The notes: a model not told the origin generated them from the letters alone. Shown: positions 48,901 to 63,534, numbered from the stretch's first letter. The stretch: 64,000 nucleotides of DNA from Macrostomum lignano (GCA_002269645.1 NIVC01001414.1:252945-316944), one strand, 5' to 3'. Numbers and translations are program-made.

Positions 48901-51900
48901 CCAAATCCATCAAGATCCTCTCCGCGAAGCAGAAGCAAGATCGTCTCCGCTAAACTGGACTCAATCGAATTTTTTCCGTCAAACAACTCAACTCTCCGGA
49001 TTCTTTGGTTAGGGTTAGGGTTAGGGCTAGGGTTAGAACGCACAGTTTCGTGTTAAAAGGCACTGATAAAAATATTGAACTAATTGAATCAATTCATTGC
49101 GCAACCGATTTCACAGTCAGTCAGTATCAGTCTCAGTTAAAGTTAACAAAAACATTGCGCAATCTAAATCAACCCTCCAATACACAGCAGCAGTGAGAAG
49201 TTGAACCCTCCCCCCCCCAACTTTATCTATTACGTCTCGCAAAACTGAGTACAATCTTTGCAGCAAGTTAAAAGTATGGAAATAGTTTTTCAAATGCTGT
49301 GCTTTTTATTTTTATATTTAAAGCAAACAACTTATATCCCCGAACTCAGCGTTGCAAGATCTTTCCAGCAATATAAGTCTCTCCTCTCAAAGTTTAAAAC
49401 TCGAGGAACAGTTAGCGTTTGTAATTTCCCAATTTCCCGACTGCTTGACTGAGAGGCTCGCAAGTTTGTTCATTGAAATTCACTGCCGAGCTAATACACA
49501 GGGCCGATAATAAAACCAATTGAATCTCGGCACAGTTCTATCTGTTTACAACAGCTATGTACACTCAGCCCAAGCCCACCCCCCCCCGTTCCGGGGAATC
49601 ATTAAATTCAACTCAACTCCCCAACACGCGGGGGTTTTATTTGCATTGAACGCAGAAAACGCGCACCCACCACCCCTCAATACACAGCGGCCCACGGGCG
49701 GAGGTTGGGGTGGCTATTTTTACAAACTGGCTGCAGCCCCAGGCAGAGTAGCAAAAGAAGGTTATTTGGGGTCAAAAAGGTAGTTTTCTGCTTTTTTGAG
49801 GTTCTTAGAAATTAAAATTTCAGAATTAAAATAGCCTATAGCCGACCTCGGATAATTTCCAATCTTCCCATATAAGTTTCAACGCTGAGTTGGCACTATT
49901 CAAGGAGGAGTTGTCGAAATGACAGACAGACATACAGACAGACATACAGACAGACAGACAAACAACGTCAACTTTAGTATATATAGACGAGTGGAACTCC
50001 TCCTTCGGAGGAGAAAGGGGAAGAACTCCCATCACCGGAATTCCATTCCCTGAATTATCCATCAACTGAAATTCCATGTCTTGAACCCCATCTTCCAAAT
50101 CGTCTCCAAATTCTTTACAAACCTTTCAAAGACCATAGCTCAAAGACTCTTACGTCTCTCATATCTACTCTCTCCTCTCTTCGCTATTATCGTGACTCGC
50201 TTCTCTCTCCTCTCTCTCATCTCATCTCTACCCCTACTCTCTTTTATCTCTGCTCCCTTCTTTATCTCTTCTCCCTCGTCTTTCGTCTGTACCCTCTCCT
50301 GTCTACTCTCCTATCTTCTCTATTATCTCTCCCCTTTTCTCTCCTCTCTCATATCTCATCTCTACTTACTTATCTATTGTCTCCGCTCTACTTTCTCTCT
50401 TCTCTCTGCTCTCATTTCTCGTATCTCTTATACGCTCTCACCCTCTCTCTTTCTTATCTACCATCTTTCTTCCCTTTCTACTGCATCACCTGTCTCCTCT
50501 CCTCTCTTTTCTCTCCTCTCCATACTCTCTTCTCTCGTCTCATCTCCCCTCATCTCTTCTCTAATCTCGAATCTCTCCTCTCTCATATCTCTTCTCTACT
50601 CACTTATCTATTCTCTCTCCTCTGCTCCCCTTTTACACTTTCCTATATGCTCTCACTCCCATCCTCTCCTTTCTTATCTCCTGTTTTTTACACTCCTTTC
50701 TACCACCTGTCTCCTCTCGTTTCTCTCCTCTCTGCACTCTCATCTTTACCCTCTTCTTTCTCCTCACTACTTTCTTCTCTTAAATCTCTGATCTCTGATC
50801 TTTCATCTCTCTCCTCTCACCTCTCACCTCTCTCCTCTCTTTCCTCTCTTCTATTGCCTCTGTACGCTCTTATCCCTCCTTTCTTCTCTCTCCTGTCTCC
50901 TCTCTGCTATCTCATATCTCCTCTCTCATATCCTCTCCCTTCATCTCCTCTCTCCTCTTCTCTTCTCTCTCCTTCGTTCCCGCCTTACTCCCATCTTCTC
51001 TCCCATCTGTCATGTCTAATCTCTCCACTCATTTCTACTCTGTTTTCTACCATCTCATATCTCTTCTCTTTCATTCTTCTCTTTACTCTCTTCTCTGACT
51101 GATTTAAGATGCCAAATCCATCAAGATCCTCTCCGCGAAGCAGAAATCCTGTCCGTGCAACTGAAAACCATCGAAATCCTCTCCGTGAAACTGGACTCCT
51201 TCGAAATCCTCTCCTTGAAACTTAAATCCATCAAAATGGTCTCCATAAAACATAAATCAATCATAATTTATCTCCGCGAAACAGAAATCCTCTCCGTGAA
51301 GCTGAACATCATCGAAATTCTCTCCGTGAAACTGAACATCATCGAAATCCTTTCCACGAAACTGAACACCATTGAAATCCTCTCCACGAAACTGAACACC
51401 ATTGAAATCCTCTCCACGAAACTGAACACCATCGAAATCCTCTCCACGAAACTGAACACCATTGAAATCCTCTCCACGAAACTGAACACCATCGAATCCT
51501 CTCCACGAAACAGAAATCCTCTTCGTCAGAATTTAAACATTGAAATCGTCTCCGCTAAACTTGACTTAATCGAATTTTTTCCGTCAAACAACTCAACTCG
51601 CCAGATTCATTAGGGTTAGGGTTAGGGTTAGGGTTAGGGTTAGAACTACGCACAGCTTCGTGTTAAAAGGCACAGATAAAAATATTGAACTAATTGAATC
51701 AATTCATTGCGCAACCGATTTCACAGTCAGTCAGTATCAGCCTCAGGTAAAGTTAACAAAAACATTGCGCAATCTAAGTCAACCCTCTAATACACAGCAG
51801 CAGTGAGAAGTTCAACCCTCCCCCCAACAATCTTTGCAGATTAAAGTACAATCTTTGCAGAAAGTTAAAAGTATGGAAATAGTTTTTCAAATGCTGTGCT

Positions 51901-54900
51901 TTTTCTTTTCATATTTAAAGCAAACAACTTATATCCCCGAACTCAGCGTTGCAAGATCTTGCCAGCAATATAAGTATCTCCTCTCAAAGTTTAAAACTCG
52001 AGGAACAGTTGCCGTTTCTAATTTCCCAATTTCCCGACTGCTTGCCTGAGAGGCTCGCAATTTTGTACATTGAATTTCACTGCCAAGCTAATACACAGGG
52101 CCGATAATAAAAAAGTGAACCAATTGAATCAATTGATTGCGCAATATATTTCTGTGTTAGTCAGTATAAGTCTCAGTTAAAGTTAACAAAAAGTTTGCGC
52201 AATCTAATCAACCCTCCAATACAAAGCAACTGACCCCCTTCCTATACACAGCGCCAGTTAGAAGTCGAAACCCCCAACTTTATCTCTCACCTCTCGCCAA
52301 AATGAGTACAATCTTTGCAGAAAGTTTAAAGTATGGAAATAGTTTTTGCAATGCAGAGCTTTTAGTTTTCATATTTAAAGCAAACAATTTATATCCCTGA
52401 AATCAGCTTTGCAAGTTCTTTCCAGCAATATAAATTTTTTCTCTCAAAGTTAAAAACTCGAGCAACAGTTTGCGTTTGAAACTTTCTGATTTAAAGCATT
52501 GAAATATCGATTGTACGTTCACTGCCTGCTAAAGAGGCCCGCAAGTTTATGCATTGAATTTCAAGGTTCAACAAAATCACAGGGCTGCCTATTGAAAATT
52601 AGAACACAAATCTTTGCGCAATTGTCTATACAGTCAGCCAGTGAGCCAGGGTCCGATTGTACACAGGCAGCCATTAAGAACGCCCCATCCCCCCACTGGA
52701 GAGAAAATACACTGCAGAGATAGGGAAAAGTTGTGGCGCAATCACTTGAAATTCATGCAAATTTTCAGCTCCAAGCAGAAAGAGGGGACAATTAAGATTA
52801 TCAAAGGTCAAGACCGCCGTTTTCTGCTTTTTTGAGGATCTTAGAAATTAAAATTTCAGAATTAAAATAGCCTATAGCCGACCTCGGATAATTTCCAATC
52901 TTCCCATATAAGTTTCAACGCTGAGTTGCCACTATTCAAGGAGGAGTTGTCGAAATGACAGACAGACACACAGACAGACAGACAAACAACGCGTCAACTT
53001 TAGTATATACGAGTGGAACTCCTCCTTCGGAGGAGAAAGGGGAAGAACTCCCATCACCGGAATTCCATTCCCTGAAATATCCATCAACTGAAATTCCATG
53101 TCTTGAACCCTATCTTCCAAATCGTCTCCAAATTCTTTAGAAAACCTTTCAAAGACCATAGCTCAAAGACTCTCACGTCTCTCATATCTACTCTCTCCAC
53201 TCTGTGCTATTATCGTGACTCTCTTCTCTCTCCTCTCTCTCATCTCATCTCTACCCGTACTCCCTTATTTATGTTTTCTCCCTCGTCTTTCGTCTGTACC
53301 CTCTCCTGTCTCTTGTCTCCTCTCTTCTCTCATATCTCTCCTTTCACTTCTGTCTCCTGTCTTCTCTCTTCTCTCTTATCTCTCCCTCTTCTCTCCTCTT
53401 TTATATGTCATCCCTATTCACTTATCTATCGTCTCTCTTAACCCTCTCTCTCTTCTCTTTTCTTTCCTCTCTGCTCTCATTTCTCATATCTCATATACGC
53501 TCTCACACTCCACTTACTTGTCTCCAATCTTTCTTTCCTCCTTTCCACTTTTCCCTGTCTCTTCTCTTCTCTCTTTTCTATCCTCTCCATTCTCTCTTTT
53601 CTCCTCCCCTTGCTCCTTTTATCTTCTCCCCTCTCTTCTCTAATCTCTTCTCTCTTCTCTCTTATGTTCTCACTCATCTCTTATCATCGCATCTCTCATC
53701 TCTCCTCTCCTCACTACTTTCCTCTCTTAACTCTCTTATCTATTTCATCTCTCTCCTCTCTCCTCTTTCTCTTCTCCTCTCGCTTCTTCTCTCGCTTCTC
53801 TCTCCTATCTCTCCTCTCATCTCTACTACCGTATTTATATCTTCAAACTGGTCCTTCGTCTCTACTCTCTCCTTTCTCCTTTCTCCCCTCTTTTCTCCTT
53901 TCTTGTCTCTCCTGTCTCCCCTCCTCTCTCATCCCTCATCCCCTCATCTCACTCTTTCTTTCTCCTCTACTCTCCCCTCTCTTCTATTTTCTCTGTACGC
54001 TCTTATCACTAATCTATTTTCTCTCGTCTCTCCTCTTTTCTTCTCTCTCCCTCTTCGTTCCCGCCTAAATCCCCTCTTCTCTCCAATCTGTCATGTCTAA
54101 TATCTCCACTTATTTCTACTCTGTTTTCTATCATCTCATCTCTCTTCTGCTTTCATTCTTCTCTTTACTCTTTTCTCTGACTGATTGAAGATGCCAAATC
54201 CATCAAGATCCTCTCCGCGAAGCAGAAATCCTGTCCGTGCAACTGAAAACCATCGAAATCCTCTCCGTGAAACTGGACTCCTTCGAAATCCTTTCCGTGA
54301 AACTGAAAACCATCGAAATTCTCTCTTTTAAACTGGACTCAATCGAAATTTTCTCCGTCAAAAAAAATAAATATCAGGATTCATTGGTTAGGGTTATTGT
54401 TAGGGTTAGGGTTAGGGTTAAAGCTACACACAGCTGCGTGTTCAAATAAAAATTGAACCAATTGAATCAATTGATTGCGCAACCGATTTCTCAGTCAGTC
54501 AGTATCAGTCTCAGTTAAAGTTAACAAAAAGATTGCGCAATCTAAATCAACCCTCCAGTACACAGAGACCGACCCCTTTTCAATACGCAGTAGCAGTTAG
54601 AAATTGAACGCCGAACTGTTGGGGGCATTGAACCAAAAAATGAGTACAATCTTTGCATAAAGCTAAAAGTATGGAAATAGTTTTTTTGATGCTGCTCTTT
54701 TAGTCTTTATATTTATAGCAAACAATTTATATCCTCGAACTCAGCGTTGCAAGATCTTTTCAGCAGTATAAGTATCTTCTCTTAAAGTTTAGAACTCGAA
54801 GAGCAGTTAGCGTTTGAAAGTTCCCGTTTTAAGGCATTGAAATATCGCGTGTACGTTCACTGCCTGCCAAAGAGGCTCGCAAATTTATTCATTCATTACA

Positions 54901-57900
54901 CAGGCTGGCTATTACACAGGGCAGCCTATTGAAAGGCACAGATAATAAAACAAATTGATGGCGCAACCGATTTCACAGTCAGTCAGTATCAGTCTCAGTT
55001 AAAGTTAAGAAAAACATTGCGCAATCTAAATCAACCCTCCAATACACAGCAGCAGTAAGAAGTTGAACCCTCCCCCAAACTTTATCTATTACGTCTCGCA
55101 AAACTGAGTGCAATCTTTGCAGAAAGTTAAAAGTGTGGAAATAGTTTTTCAAATGCTGTGCTTTTTCTTTTCATATTTAAAGCAAACAACTTATATCCCC
55201 GAACTCAGCGTTGCAAGATCTTGCCAGCAATATAAGTTTCTCCTCTCAAAGTTTAAAACTCGAGGAACAGTTAGCGTTTGAAACTGTCTGATTTATAGCA
55301 TTGAAGTATCGAGTGTACGTTCACTGCCTGCTTGCAAGTTGATGCATTGAATTTCAATGTCCAACAAATACACAGGACTGCCCATTGAAAGGCAGGAAAA
55401 CTTATCAGTAGCCATATCATTGCGCAATTATCTATAAAGTCAGCCAGTGAGCCAGGGTCCAAGTGTACACACGCAGCCACTGAGAACGCTCCCACCCCCC
55501 ACTGGAAAGAAAATACACTACAGAGATAGGGAAAAGTTGTGGCGCAATCACTAAAAATTCATGCATTTTTCAGCTCCAAGCAGAAAGAGGGGACAATTAA
55601 GATTATCAAAGGTCAAGACCGCCGTTTTCTGCTTTTTTGAGGATCTTAGAAATTAAAATTTCAGAATTAAAATAGCCTATAGCCGACCTCGGATAATTTC
55701 CAATCTTCCCATATAAGTTTCAACGCTGAGTTGGCACTATTCAAGGAGGAGTTGTCGAAATGACAGACAGACACACAGACAGACAGACAAACAACACGTC
55801 AACTTTAGTATATACGAGTGGAACTCCTCCTTCGGAGGAGAAAGGGGAAGAACTCCCATCACCGGAATTCTGAAGGGGAAGAACTCCTATCAGCTGAAAT
55901 TCCATGAATTGAATCCCATCTTCCAAATCATTTCCAAATCCTCTACAATCTATCAACTCCCATCTCTCATCTCTTGCGCCCTGCGCTCTGATTTTTATTT
56001 TTACTCTCTTCTTTCTCCTCACTAATTACTCCTCTTTACACTTTCATCTCTCTCATCTATGATCTTTCATCTCTCTTCTCCCTCCTCTCTATTCCTACTC
56101 TTCTCGCTTATCTCTTCTCTCTCTTTTCTCATCTCTACTCCCTTATTTATCTCTTCTCCCTCGTCTTTCGTCTGTATCCTCTTCTGTCTACTCTCCTATC
56201 TTCTCTCTTATCTCTCCCCTTTTCTCTCCTCTCTCATATCTCATCTCTACTCACTTATCTATCGTCTCCGCTCTACTTTCTCTCTTCTTTTTTCTCTCTT
56301 CTCTCTGCTCTCATTTCTCGTATCTCTTATACGCTCTCACCCTCTCCTTTCTTATCTCCCATCTTTCTTCCCTCCTTTCTACTGCATCACCTGTCTCCTC
56401 TCCTCTCTTTTCTCTCCTCTCCATTCTCTCTTCTCTCCTCTTATCTCCCCTCATCTCTTCTCTAATCTCTAATCTCTCCTCTCTCATATCTCTTCTCTAC
56501 TCACTTATCTATTCTCTCTCCTCTGCTCCCCTTTTACACTTTCCTATATGCTCTCACTCCCATCCTCTCCTTTCTTATCTCCTGTTTTTTACACTCCGTT
56601 CTACCACCTGTCTCCTCTCGTTTCTCTCCTCTCTGCACTCTCATCTTTACCCTCTTCTTTCTCCTCACTACTTTCTTCTCTTAAATCTCTGATCTCTGAT
56701 CTTTCATCTCTCTCCTCTCACCTCTCACCTCTCTCCTCTCTTTCCTCTCTTCTATTGCCTCTGTGCGCTCTTATCCCTCTTTTCTTCTCTGTCCTGTCTC
56801 CTCTCTGCTATCTCATATCTCCTCTCTCATATCCTCTCCCTTCATCTCCTCTCTCCTCTTCTCTTCTTTCTTCCTTCGTTCCCGCCTTACTACCCTCTTC
56901 TCTCCCATCTGTCATGTCTAATCTCTCCACTCATTTCTACTCTGTTTTCTATCATCTCATCTCTCTTCTCTTTTCATTTTTCTCTTTACTCTCTTCTCTG
57001 ACTGATTGAAGATGCCAAATCCATCAAGATCCTCTCCGCGAAGCAGAAATCCTGTCCGTGCAACTGAAAACCATCGAAATCCTCTCCGTGAAACTGGACT
57101 CCTTCGAAATCCTCTCCTTGAAACTTAAATCCATCAAAATCGTCTCCATAAAACAGAAATCAATCATAAATTATCTCCGCGAAACAGAAATCCTCTCCGT
57201 GAAGCTGAACATCATCGAAATCCTCTCCGTGAAACTGAACACCATCGGAATCCTCTCCACGAAACAGAAATCCTCTCCGTCAAAACTAAAACATTGAAAT
57301 CGTCTCCGCTAAACTGGACTCAATCGAATTTTTTTCCGTCAAACAACTCAACTCTCCGGATTCATTGGTTAGGGTTAGGGTTAGGGTTAGAACGCACAGC
57401 TTCGTGTTGAAAGGCACTGATAAAAATATTGAACTAATTGAATCAATTCATTGCGCAACCGATTTCACAGTCAGTCAGTATCAGTCGCAGTTAAAGTTAA
57501 CAAAAACATTGCGCAATCTAAATCAACACTCCAATACACAGCAGCAGTGAGAAGTTGAACCCTCCCCCAACTTTATCTATTACGTCTCGCAAAACTGAGT
57601 ACGATTTTTGCAGAAAGTTAAAAGTATGGAAATAGTTTTTTAAATGCTGTGCTTTTTCTTTTCATATTTAAAGCAAACAACTTACATCCCCGAACTCAGC
57701 GTTGCAAGATCTTTCCAGCAATATAAGTCTCTCCTCTCAAAGTTTAAAACTCGAGCAACAGTTTGCGTTTGAAACTTTCTGATTTAAAGCATTGAAATAT
57801 CGATTGTACGTTCACTGCCTGCTAAAGAGGCCCGCAAGTTTATGCATTGAATTTCAAGGTTCAACAAAATCACAGGGCTGCCTATTGAAAATTAGAACAC

Positions 57901-60900
57901 AAATCTTTGCGCAATTGTCTATACAGTCAGCCAGTGAGCCAGGGTCCGATTGTACACAGGCAGCCATTTAGAACGCCCCATCCCCCACTGGAGAGAAAAT
58001 ACACTGCAGAGATAGGGAAAAGTTGTGGCGCAATCACTTGAAATTCATGCAAATTTTCAGCTCCAAGCAGAAAGAGGGGACAATTAAGATTATCAAAGGT
58101 CAATATTCAAGTTTTCTGCTTTTTTGAGGATCTTAGAAATTAAAATTTCAGAATTAAAATAGCCTATAGCCGACCTCGGATAATTTCCAATCTTCCCATA
58201 TAAGTTTCAACGCTGAGTTGCCACTATTCAAGGAGGAGTTGTCGAAATGACAGACAGACACACAGACAGACAGACAAACAACGCGTCAACTTTAGTATAT
58301 ACGAGTGGAACTCCTCCTCCGGAGGAGAAAGGGGAAGAACTCCCATCACCGGAATTCCATTCCCTGAAATCAATCAGCTGAAACTCCATGACTTGAATCC
58401 CATCTTCCAAATCATCTCCAAATCCTCTGTAAAGCCTTTTTGCTCTCCTCTTTGCCCTCTCATCTCTACAGTGTAGTCTCTTATCTCTTCTCTCTAATCT
58501 GCTTTCCATCTCTAGTCTCTCATCTCTGCTCTCTCTTCTTTGCTATCTTATATCTAGTCTCTCCTCTCTCTCCTCTTATCTCTACTCCCTTATGTATCTC
58601 TTCTCCCTCGTCTTTCGTCTGTACCCTCTCCTATCTCTTGTCTCCTCTCTTCTCTCATATCTCTCCTCTTCACTTCTGTCTCCTGTCTCCTCTCTTCTCT
58701 CTTATCTCTCCCTCTTCTCTCCTCTCTCATATGTCATCTCTACTCACTTATCTATCGTCTCTCTTAACCCTCTCTCTTCTCTTTTCTCTCCTCTCTGCTC
58801 TCATTTCTCATATCTCATATACGCTCTCAGACTCTACTTTCTTGTCTCCCATCTTTCTTTCCTCCTTTCCACTATCCCCGTCTCTTCTCTTCTCTCTTTT
58901 CTATCCTCTTCATTCTCTCTTCTCTCCTCTCCTTGCTCCTTTCATCTTCTCCCTCTCTTCTCTAATCTCTAATCTCTCCTCTCTCATATCTACTCTCTTT
59001 TCTATAATCTCTTTTCTCTGTTCTCTTTTCTCTTTTCTCTCGCATCGGAAGAATTCCATCACCGGAATTCGATTTCCTGGACTCCATTAGCTGAATTCCA
59101 TAACCCGAGTTGCATCATCCAACTCCTCTCCGAAGACAAAAAGATCCTCTCCGTGAAACTGGACTCAATCGAAATTTTCTCCGTCAAACAGAACTCAACT
59201 CTCAGGATTCAGTGGCTAGGGTTAGGGTTAGGGTTAGAGCTACACACAGCTGCGTGTTGAAAGGCACCAATAATAAAAAATTGAACTAATTGAAGCAACA
59301 GATTGAGCAATCGATTTCTCAGTCAGCCAGTATCAGTCTCAGTTCAAGTTAGCAAAATGATTGCGCAATTTAAATCAACCATCCAATACACAGCCACCGC
59401 CCTTCCAATACGCAGTGGCAAGTAGAAGTTGAACCCCCCCCCAACTTTATCTCTGACCTATCGCAAAAATAAGTACAATCTTTGCAAAAGTATTTAAATC
59501 GTTTTTGAATGCTGTGCTTTTAGTTTTCATATTTAAAGCAAAAAACCTATATCCCTGAACTCAACGCTACAAACTCTTTCCAGCAATATAAGTCTCTCCT
59601 CTCAAAGTTAAAAAATCGAGCAACAGTTAGCATTTGAAATTTTCTGATTTAAAGCATTGAAATATCGAGTGTACGTTCACTGCCTGCAACAGTGGGAGGC
59701 TCGCAAGTTTATTCATTGAATTTCACTGTCCAAAACTACACAGGGCAGCCTATTGAAAATCAGAACACATATCGTTGCGCAATTGTCTATACAATCAGCC
59801 AGTGAGCTAGGGTCCGATTGTACACACGCAGCCACTGAGAACGCGACCATCCCCCACTGGAGAGAAAATACACTGCAGAGATAGGAGAAAGTTATGGCGC
59901 AATCGCTCAAAATTCATGCAAATTTTCAGCTCCAAGCAGAAAGAGGGTACAATTAAGATTATCAAAGGTCAAACCGCCGTTTTCTGCTTTTTTAGGGATC
60001 TTAAAATGTAAAAATGAAAGATTAAAATAGCCTAAAGCCATCCTCGGAAAATTTGCAGTTTTCCAATATAAGTTTCAACGCTGAGTTGCAAGTATTCTAG
60101 GAGGAGTTATGCAACAGACAAACAAACACACAAACATCGCACCAACTTTAGTATATAGAGATAGATAGATAGATAGATAGATAGAGACAGATAGATAGAT
60201 AGATAGATAGAAGGGTTAGAGTTAGAGCTACACACAGCTGCGTGTTCAAATAAAAAGTTGAACCAATTAAATCAATTGATTGCGCAACCGATTTCTCAGT
60301 CAGTCAGTATCCGTCTCAGTAAAAGTTAAGAAAAAGATTGCGCAATCTAAATCAACCCTCCAATACACAGCAGCAGTGAGAAGTTGAACCCTCCCCCCAA
60401 CAATCTGCAGATCAAAGTACAATCTTTGCAGAAAGTTAAAAGTATGGAAATAGTTTTTCAAATGCTTGCTTTTGATTTTCATATTTAAAGCAAACAACTT
60501 ATATCCCCGAACTCAGCGTTCCAAGATCTTTCTAGCAATATAAGTTTCTCCTCTCAAAGTTTAAAACTCGATGAACAGTTAGCGTTTGAAACTGTCTGAT
60601 TTATAGCATTGAAGTATCGAGTGTACGTTCACTGCCTGCTTGCAAGTTGATGCATTGAATTTCAAGGTCCAACAAATACACAGGCTGCCCATTGAGAGGC
60701 AAGAAAACTTATCAGTAGCCATATTATTGCGCAATTATCTATACAGTCAGCCAGTGAGCCAGGGTCCAAGTGTACACACGCAGCCATTTAGAACGCCCCA
60801 TCCCCCACTGGAGAGAAAATACACTGCAGAGATAGGGAAAAGTTGTGGCGCAATCACTTGAAATTCATGCAAATTTTCAGCTCCAAGCAGAAAGAGGGGA

Positions 60901-62350
60901 CAATTAAGATTATCAAAGGTCAAGACCGCCGTTTTCTGCTTTTTTGAGGATCTTAGAAATTAAAATTTCAGAATTAAAATAGCCTATAGCCGACCTCGGA
61001 TAATTTCCAATCTTCCCATATAAGTTTCAACGCTGAGTTGGCACTATTCAAGGAGGAGTTGTCGAAATGACAGACAGACACACAGACAGACAGACAAACA
61101 ACGCGTCAACTTTAGTATATAGAGGCCAACTCCTCCTTCGGAGAAGAAAGGGGAAGAACTCCAATCAGCGGAATTCCATTCCCTGAACTCCATCAGCGGA
61201 ATCCCATTTTCCAACACCTCTCCGCGCAACAGAAATCGTCTCCGTGAAACTGAACACTATCGAAATCCTCTCCGTGAAACTGAACACCATCGAAATATTC
61301 TCCGCGAAATAGAAATCCTCTCCGTGAAACTGGACTAAATCGAAATTTCTCAGTCAAACAGCCCAGCTCAGAATTCATTGGTTAGGGTTAGGGTTAGGGT
61401 TAGAGCTACACACAGCTGCGTGTTGAAAGGCGCCGTAAAAACATTGAAACAATTAAATTGCGCAACTTATTTTCAGGCAGTCAGTATCAGCGCTCAGTTA
61501 AAGTTAACAAAAAGATTGCGCAATCTAAATCAGCCCTCCAATACACAGCAACCGACCCCCTTCCAATACGCAGTGCAGCTAGAAATTGAACCCCCCTACT
61601 AACTATTGGGGGGTCGGTCGAACCCCCATTGAACTCCAAAATGAGCAAAATCTTTGCAGAAAGCTAAAAGTATGAAAATCTTTTCTTGAATGCTGTGAAT
61701 TTAATTTTCATATTTAAAGCAAAAAACTTATATCCCCGAAATCATCGCAGCAAGATCTTTCCAGCAATATAAGTCTCTCCTCTCTAAGTTCAAAACTCGA
61801 GCAACAGTTAGTGTTTGAAACTTTCTGATTTTAAGCATTGAAATATCGAGTGTACGTTCACTGCCTGCTAAAGATGCTCGCAAGTTTATGCATTAAAATG
61901 CACTGAATTTCACTGTGCAAAAAATACACAGGGCTTCCTGTTAAAAAACAGAACACAAATAGTTGCGCAATTGTCTATAAAGTCAGCCAGTGAGCCAGGG
62001 TCCAATTGTACACACGCCGCCATGAGAACGCGCCATTCCCCCACAGGAGAGAAAATGCACTGGCGACATAGGAAAAAGTTGTGGCGTAATCACTCAAAAT
62101 TCATGCAAATTTTCAGCTCCGAGCAGAAAGAGGGTACAATTAAGATTATCAAAGGTCAGAATTGCCGTTTTCTGCTTTTTTAGGGATCTTAAAATGTAAA
62201 AATAAAAGATTAAAATAGCCTAAAGCCATCCTCGGAAAATTTGCAGTTTTCCCACATAAGTTTCAACGCTGACTTGCAAGTATTCTAGGAGGAGTTATCC
62301 AACAAACACACACACACACACAGACAAAATAACGCACCAAATTTAGTATT

Positions 62351-62354
<4 letters not shown>
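42919..62354 (-). mobile_element. Second head-to-tail array of non-autonomous Helitron-like composite units (~9 units of 1-3 kb)
   Basis: On the - strand the heads read TC(T)ATATACTAAAG + (GTCT)n/(TTTG)n at ~45983, 47879, 49987, 53009, 55814, 58301, 60159, 61123, 62354. Most tails are a hairpin CTCCTCC-GAA-GGAGGAG plus TTCCACTCG. Interiors hold AT-rich modules, telomeric tracts, ~21-bp GAAATCCTCTCCGTGAAACTG repeats and CT-rich low-complexity DNA. Confidence 0.62.
45039..61403 (+). repeat. Nine short interstitial (TTAGGG)n tracts, one per unit of array 2
   Basis: 45039-45066, 46960-46975, 49009-49036, 51610-51643, 54388-54420, 57369-57390, 59216-59237, ~60214 (remnant), 61382-61403. Confidence 0.93.
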
Positions 62355-62385
<31 letters not shown>

Positions 62386-63534
62386 TATTAAATAGAATAG
62401 ATAGATAGAAGAGAAGAGAAGAGAAGAGAGAAGAAGAGAAGAGAGAGAGAGAGACTAGAAGGAGTTATGCAACAGACAAACAAACACACAAACATCGCAC
62501 CAACTTTAGTATATACGACAGAGACAAACAAACACACAAACATCGCACCAACTTTAGTATATACAGAAGAGACAGAGAGAGAGAGTTATATTATTATTTG
62601 TCAAGTTCTACAACTAAATAAATTACCTAGAATTATTAATAATAAATTTAATAGTTCAATTGAGTCACCATTATTTCTTTCTTTTCATTTGAACTATATT
62701 GAGTGCTCTGCTACAGCCTCATTAAAAATTTAAGTATCTTTATAAGAAGGCATGCACCCAGTACATGCAAGAGTTCAGGAAATTATCGCACCGAATACAT
62801 TTATTAGGTGCTCGAAGCTTACATGTACTACTCGTAGATGTATATTTTCAAAGCATGGAGTAATGGTGATGATGACAGTAAATTAGAAATTTATATAAAT
62901 TTACCTTAGTTACTCGTATGAATATTCATGCTGCTACTGTTTTCTCGAAAGATATATATTTAATGTGTATTTCTTATGCGGGTAAATTATATTGGTACAT
63001 TTACTTGTAGATTAGACCTTATACCGTAAAATTTAAGGGTACCTAGCTGGAGGACTTTCTCAAATCGACTCCCCTTCTGGAAAGTTGAAAATTGCGTCCT
63101 GAAAGCTCCTCATGACAAGTACTACAAAAGCATTCCCGCTGTGCAGGGAGCTTTCGAATCGAGGGGATGGTTTCGAATTTGCATCGAAATTGAAAAATCG
63201 TTAATTTGTCATTAAACTGGTTGGATTATGTTTAAATTAAATCAGTGAAAAATATAGTACAGTAACTTTTAAAGCTAGTTTTCGGGTTTTGAATTTCCAT
63301 CGACTAGAGTTCGATTTTTCGACATCAAAGTCATATCAAAAAATTTTTGCTAATTCGACAATTACAGTGTGAAAAAAAGTAATGAATCTGCGTGACACGA
63401 AGTAACTTTTTTGAAACAATAAAGCCATGTTTATTCAACAAATTTAATTGAATGTGTTTTTCCTGTAAAATGTCTTTGTGCGAATTGTCTACTTTGTTAA
63501 TGTTTTGCAAATTATTAATGTTCTGCTTTAACGA

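Noticed and set aside
43154-59090. Long Leu/Ser-rich ORFs and (IEILSTKLNT)n ORFs
   Set aside because: Translations of CT-rich low-complexity DNA and 21-30-bp repeats; open in several frames; no domain motifs
63030-63500. TTAA-flanked DNA transposon end (TTAAGGGTACC)
   Set aside because: No matching inverted end found in the window
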